46,047 bases of DNA from an uncultured bacterium. GTDB lineage: Bacteria; Patescibacteriota; Minisyncoccia; Minisyncoccales; JAQTVQ01. The stretch covers positions 1-46,047 of the forward strand of contig CAIMDX010000036.1 of the NCBI GenBank assembly GCA_903839905.1. The letters run 5' to 3'. The notes under the pieces were generated by a model. It had not been told where the DNA came from. It did no database searches and saw only the letters and a program-made list of their open reading frames with translations. Both the position numbers and the translations under genes were made by a program. Of this stretch, positions 43,419 to 46,047 are shown one piece after another (the first letter of the stretch is position 1; each line of letters starts with the position of its first letter).

Positions 43419-43603
43419 AATATTTCACCTCCGCCTATAAAAAGAACTAAATTGGAGGTTATCAGCTCCGCCTGTTTTTGTCAATGTAAAGGGGTCTAAT
43501 CCCTCCGGGATTTTATTGGTTGGCTTTCGGCGGAAAGGGTTAGACCCTTTCTAGAGGTTGAGGCTTTTGGGATTTTTTTGATATAGATACCGCGAGTTCA
43601 AAC

Positions 43604-43628
43604 AAAAAACCGCTTTGAGCGGTTTTTT
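43604..43628. terminator. bidirectional terminator AAAAAACCGC-TTTGA-GCGGTTTTTT
   Basis: Stem flanked by A6 and T6, 12 nt after the stop of the minus-strand zinc-ribbon gene. Confidence 0.7.
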
Positions 43629-43639
43629 GTTTTCTATAT

Positions 43640-43837
43640 TTAGAAACGGCTGGGTCTTTCGGCTCTCTTGTTTCTCCAGCATTCTTTGCAGTAGATCGGT
43701 CTATCTGCGGCTGGTTCAAACGGAAGCTCGACGATTTCCTTGCCGCATTCAGAACATTTCCAGCTACCCTTTATCATAGGGCGAGGAGTAAAGTTTCTGC
43801 GCGGGCCGTTATCGTAATTTCTGTCTCCAAATGACAT
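43640..43837 (-). CDS. CxxC-x17-CxxC zinc-ribbon protein
   Basis: WKCSECGKEIVELPFEPAADRPIYCKECW matches the CxxC-x17-CxxC family pattern. Basic termini. Confidence 0.8.
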   Translation of the reverse strand: MSFGDRNYDNGPRRNFTPRPMIKGSWKCSECGKEIVELPFEPAADRPIYCKECWRNKRAERPSRF

Positions 43838-43972
43838 ATTTTTTTTGAGAATACGCTTATGTTAAATTAAAAGCGACCTTTCTCTTTTAGCCGCTTGACT
43901 TATGCCTGTTTGGGCGCCTTTAATTTTTTGAAGACTAAAGATTTGCTATTACGACTTTAAGAGTATGCCGTC

Positions 43973-44001
43973 ATTATAAGTTAAAAGATGTGATAAGTCA
44001 A
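43973..44001 (-). promoter_or_regulatory. consensus sigma-70-type promoter TTGACT-N17-TATAAT on the minus strand
   Basis: The reverse complement of 43973-44001 reads TTGACT TATCACATCTTTTAACT TATAAT, about 130 nt upstream of the zinc-ribbon gene. Confidence 0.55.
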
Positions 44002-44136
44002 GCCCTTGGCGGCCTTTTGCTTAGAGGGCCTATTACATGGAGGATTATGAGAATTTTCGGTAAAAAAATTCATTTACAGCCCGTTTCAAATAAGATAAGA
44101 TTTAAAAAGAAAATAAGTTTAAAAATTTAAGATTTT

Positions 44137-45753
44137 ATGAAAATAAAAATAGGAAAAAAGAAAATAGCGGTAGCGATTATCGCGGTTTTATCTATTTTTG
44201 CAATATACCAGCTGTTTTTTGCCAAAAAGCAGGAAACATTCAATTATGAGGAGGTGAAGAAAACTAATGTTTCCCAAGAGGTTTCGGTTTCTGGCAAGAT
44301 TAAGAAGGGGGAAGATTTGGGCTTAAATTTTAATACTTCCGGCAAATTGAAACAAATTTATGTAAAAGTGGGAGATGATGTTGAAGAGGGGCAAAAATTA
44401 GCCGAGTTGGACAGCAGTCAGCTTTTTATCCAGCTTCAATCGGCCAACGCCCAATTAAAAACTGCCAAGATAGGATCGGAAAAACTTTTAGCCGGAGCCA
44501 GCCAAGAAGATATTGTTTTGACTAGAACGGCTTTCCAAAATACGCAATCTTCCTATCAATCAGCTCAGCAGAAATATATTGATACTAAAAATTTAGCTGA
44601 TACGACCTTGGATAATCTTTATAGGAGCTCTTTGAACTCTTTGACTGATTCAATTTTAGAAACCTATAATAGCCTAATCTTTTTACAGGGCAGTCTTTAT
44701 GCTGCTGATAGTCGCGATCTAGCAGAGGCTAGGACAGAAATAGAAAAGGTAGATCAATATTATCAGGATGGAAAAAAATATTTGGAACAGGCCCAAGTAA
44801 GCAGTACTGCTGCCAATATTGATCTGGCCGTTGAAAAAACGAAAGAAGCCTTGGAAGTCTCCCGAGATTCTTCTGCTAAAATCAGGAATTTTTGGGAAAC
44901 CCGTTCCAGCGCTACTGCTGCCCAAAAAACATCTCTTGATACCCATCAGGGGTATCTTAATGTTTCTTTGTCCGGCGTTGTTTCAATCCAAAATAATATT
45001 GCTTTGGCTAAAAACACTAACCAATCTAATATTGATACGGCTTGGTCGGCTGTCATTTTGGCCCAAGGCCAAATGGATATCGCCCAAGAAAATCTTAATA
45101 AATTATTAGCTTCGCCTCGCCAGGAAGATATAGATCTAGCCGCGGCTCAAGTTGCCCAGGCCCAGGCCCAGGCCAATCTTTTGAGCCATCAAATAAATGA
45201 ATCAACTATCAAATCTCCGGTAAAAGGTAAGATATCCCAGATCAGCAAAAAAGAAGGGGAGCAGATCCAGGGAGCGATGGCCAGCCAGGATTTTATCGTT
45301 CTTATTCCGAAAGAACCTTTTCAAGTGGAGGTTAATATCCCTGAAGTAGATATCGGCCAAGTGAGCTTAGAAGATTCTTGCCGTATAGACCTGGACGCTT
45401 TTTCAGAAGAACAATTCTCCGGCAAAGTGATAAAAATAGATCCAGCCGAAACAGTGATCGCTGGCGTGGTTTATTACAAAACAACAATTTCTTTAAACAG
45501 TGAAGATCCAAAAATAAGGCCGGGAATGACGGCCAATGTAATCGTAGTTACCGAGTCAAAAGAAAATGTTTTGACGATTCCCCAAAGGGCGATCTTTGAA
45601 AAAGACGGGAAAAAATTCGTCAGAATCGTTGAAGGAGAGAATTTAAAAGAAATTGAGATTCAATCCGGACTGAAAGGGGTCCAGGGAGAGGTTGAAATAA
45701 TCTCGGGCTTGAAAGAAGGGGACAAGGTCGTTACTTTTTTAAAGACGAATTAG
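44137..45753 (+). CDS. HlyD/MacA-type periplasmic adaptor with very long coiled-coil hairpin
   Basis: N-terminal TM. Split lipoyl-like halves (GKLKQIYVKVGDDVEEGQKLAELD / IKSPVKGKISQISKKEGEQI). Beta-barrel and membrane-proximal domains at the C-terminus. Confidence 0.85.
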   Translation: MKIKIGKKKIAVAIIAVLSIFAIYQLFFAKKQETFNYEEVKKTNVSQEVSVSGKIKKGEDLGLNFNTSGKLKQIYVKVGDDVEEGQKLAELDSSQLFIQLQSANAQLKTAKIGSEKLLAGASQEDIVLTRTAFQNTQSSYQSAQQKYIDTKNLADTTLDNLYRSSLNSLTDSILETYNSLIFLQGSLYAADSRDLAEARTEIEKVDQYYQDGKKYLEQAQVSSTAANIDLAVEKTKEALEVSRDSSAKIRNFWETRSSATAAQKTSLDTHQGYLNVSLSGVVSIQNNIALAKNTNQSNIDTAWSAVILAQGQMDIAQENLNKLLASPRQEDIDLAAAQVAQAQAQANLLSHQINESTIKSPVKGKISQISKKEGEQIQGAMASQDFIVLIPKEPFQVEVNIPEVDIGQVSLEDSCRIDLDAFSEEQFSGKVIKIDPAETVIAGVVYYKTTISLNSEDPKIRPGMTANVIVVTESKENVLTIPQRAIFEKDGKKFVRIVEGENLKEIEIQSGLKGVQGEVEIISGLKEGDKVVTFLKTN

Positions 45754-45788
45754 TTTTTTACATTGGAAGTTGTTGACCTTCATTTGAT

Positions 45789-46047
45789 ATGAAAATAATA
45801 GAGATCCGGGATCTTAAAAAAGATTATAATAATGGATTTGTTTCAACTACGGCTTTGGGCGGTATTTCTTTTGATATAGAGGAAGGAGAATTTGTGGCGA
45901 TCATCGGCTCTTCGGGTTGCGGCAAGTCAACTTTAATGCATACCTTGGGACTGCTGGACCGGCCGACTTCCGGGTCTTATCATTTTGAAGGCAAGGATGC
46001 TCTTGCGATGTCTGATGATGAATTAGCTCGCATCCGCAACAAGAAGA
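45789..46047 (+). CDS. ABC transporter ATP-binding protein (MacB/LolD-like), 3' end outside window
   Basis: Walker A GSSGCGKST and LLDRPTSG. Follows the adaptor gene, as in MacAB-type operons. Confidence 0.88.
   Translation, partial: MKIIEIRDLKKDYNNGFVSTTALGGISFDIEEGEFVAIIGSSGCGKSTLMHTLGLLDRPTSGSYHFEGKDALAMSDDELARIRNKK

Overview
This is a 46 kb window at roughly 40% GC. It is gene-dense and almost entirely plus-strand. The gene content points to core chromosome of a small-genome anaerobe, plausibly Patescibacteria/CPR-like, but that placement is inference only. The supporting content is membrane-anchored salvage enzymes, many short TM-anchored hypotheticals, a CxxC-x17-CxxC protein, an [FeFe] hydrogenase and no biosynthetic operons.

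Recognisable housekeeping genes:
- cyclophilin PPIase, AlkD-like repair protein, dnaG-rpoD, tRNA-Asn(GTT)
- engB, obg, U32 peptidase, gmk, ABC-F ATPase
- DEAD-box helicase, tdk, mscL, TspO

I see no rRNA, CRISPR, Cas, transposase, integrase, reverse transcriptase or phage genes. The genetic code looks standard (TGA terminates genes).

Points worth a second look:
1. Five genes are each split exactly at a mononucleotide run and are restored by a 1-nt change. They are a sensor kinase, a MazG-like protein, a BaiN/HI0933-like flavoprotein, a CDGSH/Fer4_19 protein and a GerMN/Gmad2 envelope protein.
2. An SPFH-SPFH operon ends in a 564-aa surface protein with four thrombospondin-type-1-like Cys/Trp repeats.
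3. A compact NuoF-like plus M3-type [FeFe] hydrogenase pair is translationally coupled to a small multi-pass membrane protein.
4. A perfect (GCTTGTA)x10 heptanucleotide microsatellite fills the gap between tspO and a minimal beta-carbonic-anhydrase-like gene.
5. A membrane-anchored OB-fold protein, a thermonuclease and thymidine kinase form a salvage module.
6. Near-identical terminator cassettes recur, as do TGGTAnnAT promoters, several of which predict leaderless mRNAs.
7. An untracked 40-aa Lys-rich sORF has its own promoter and terminator.

None of these is a clear-cut novel multi-gene system. My best candidates for something undescribed are (2) and (3), and both rest on inference from motifs and gene order.
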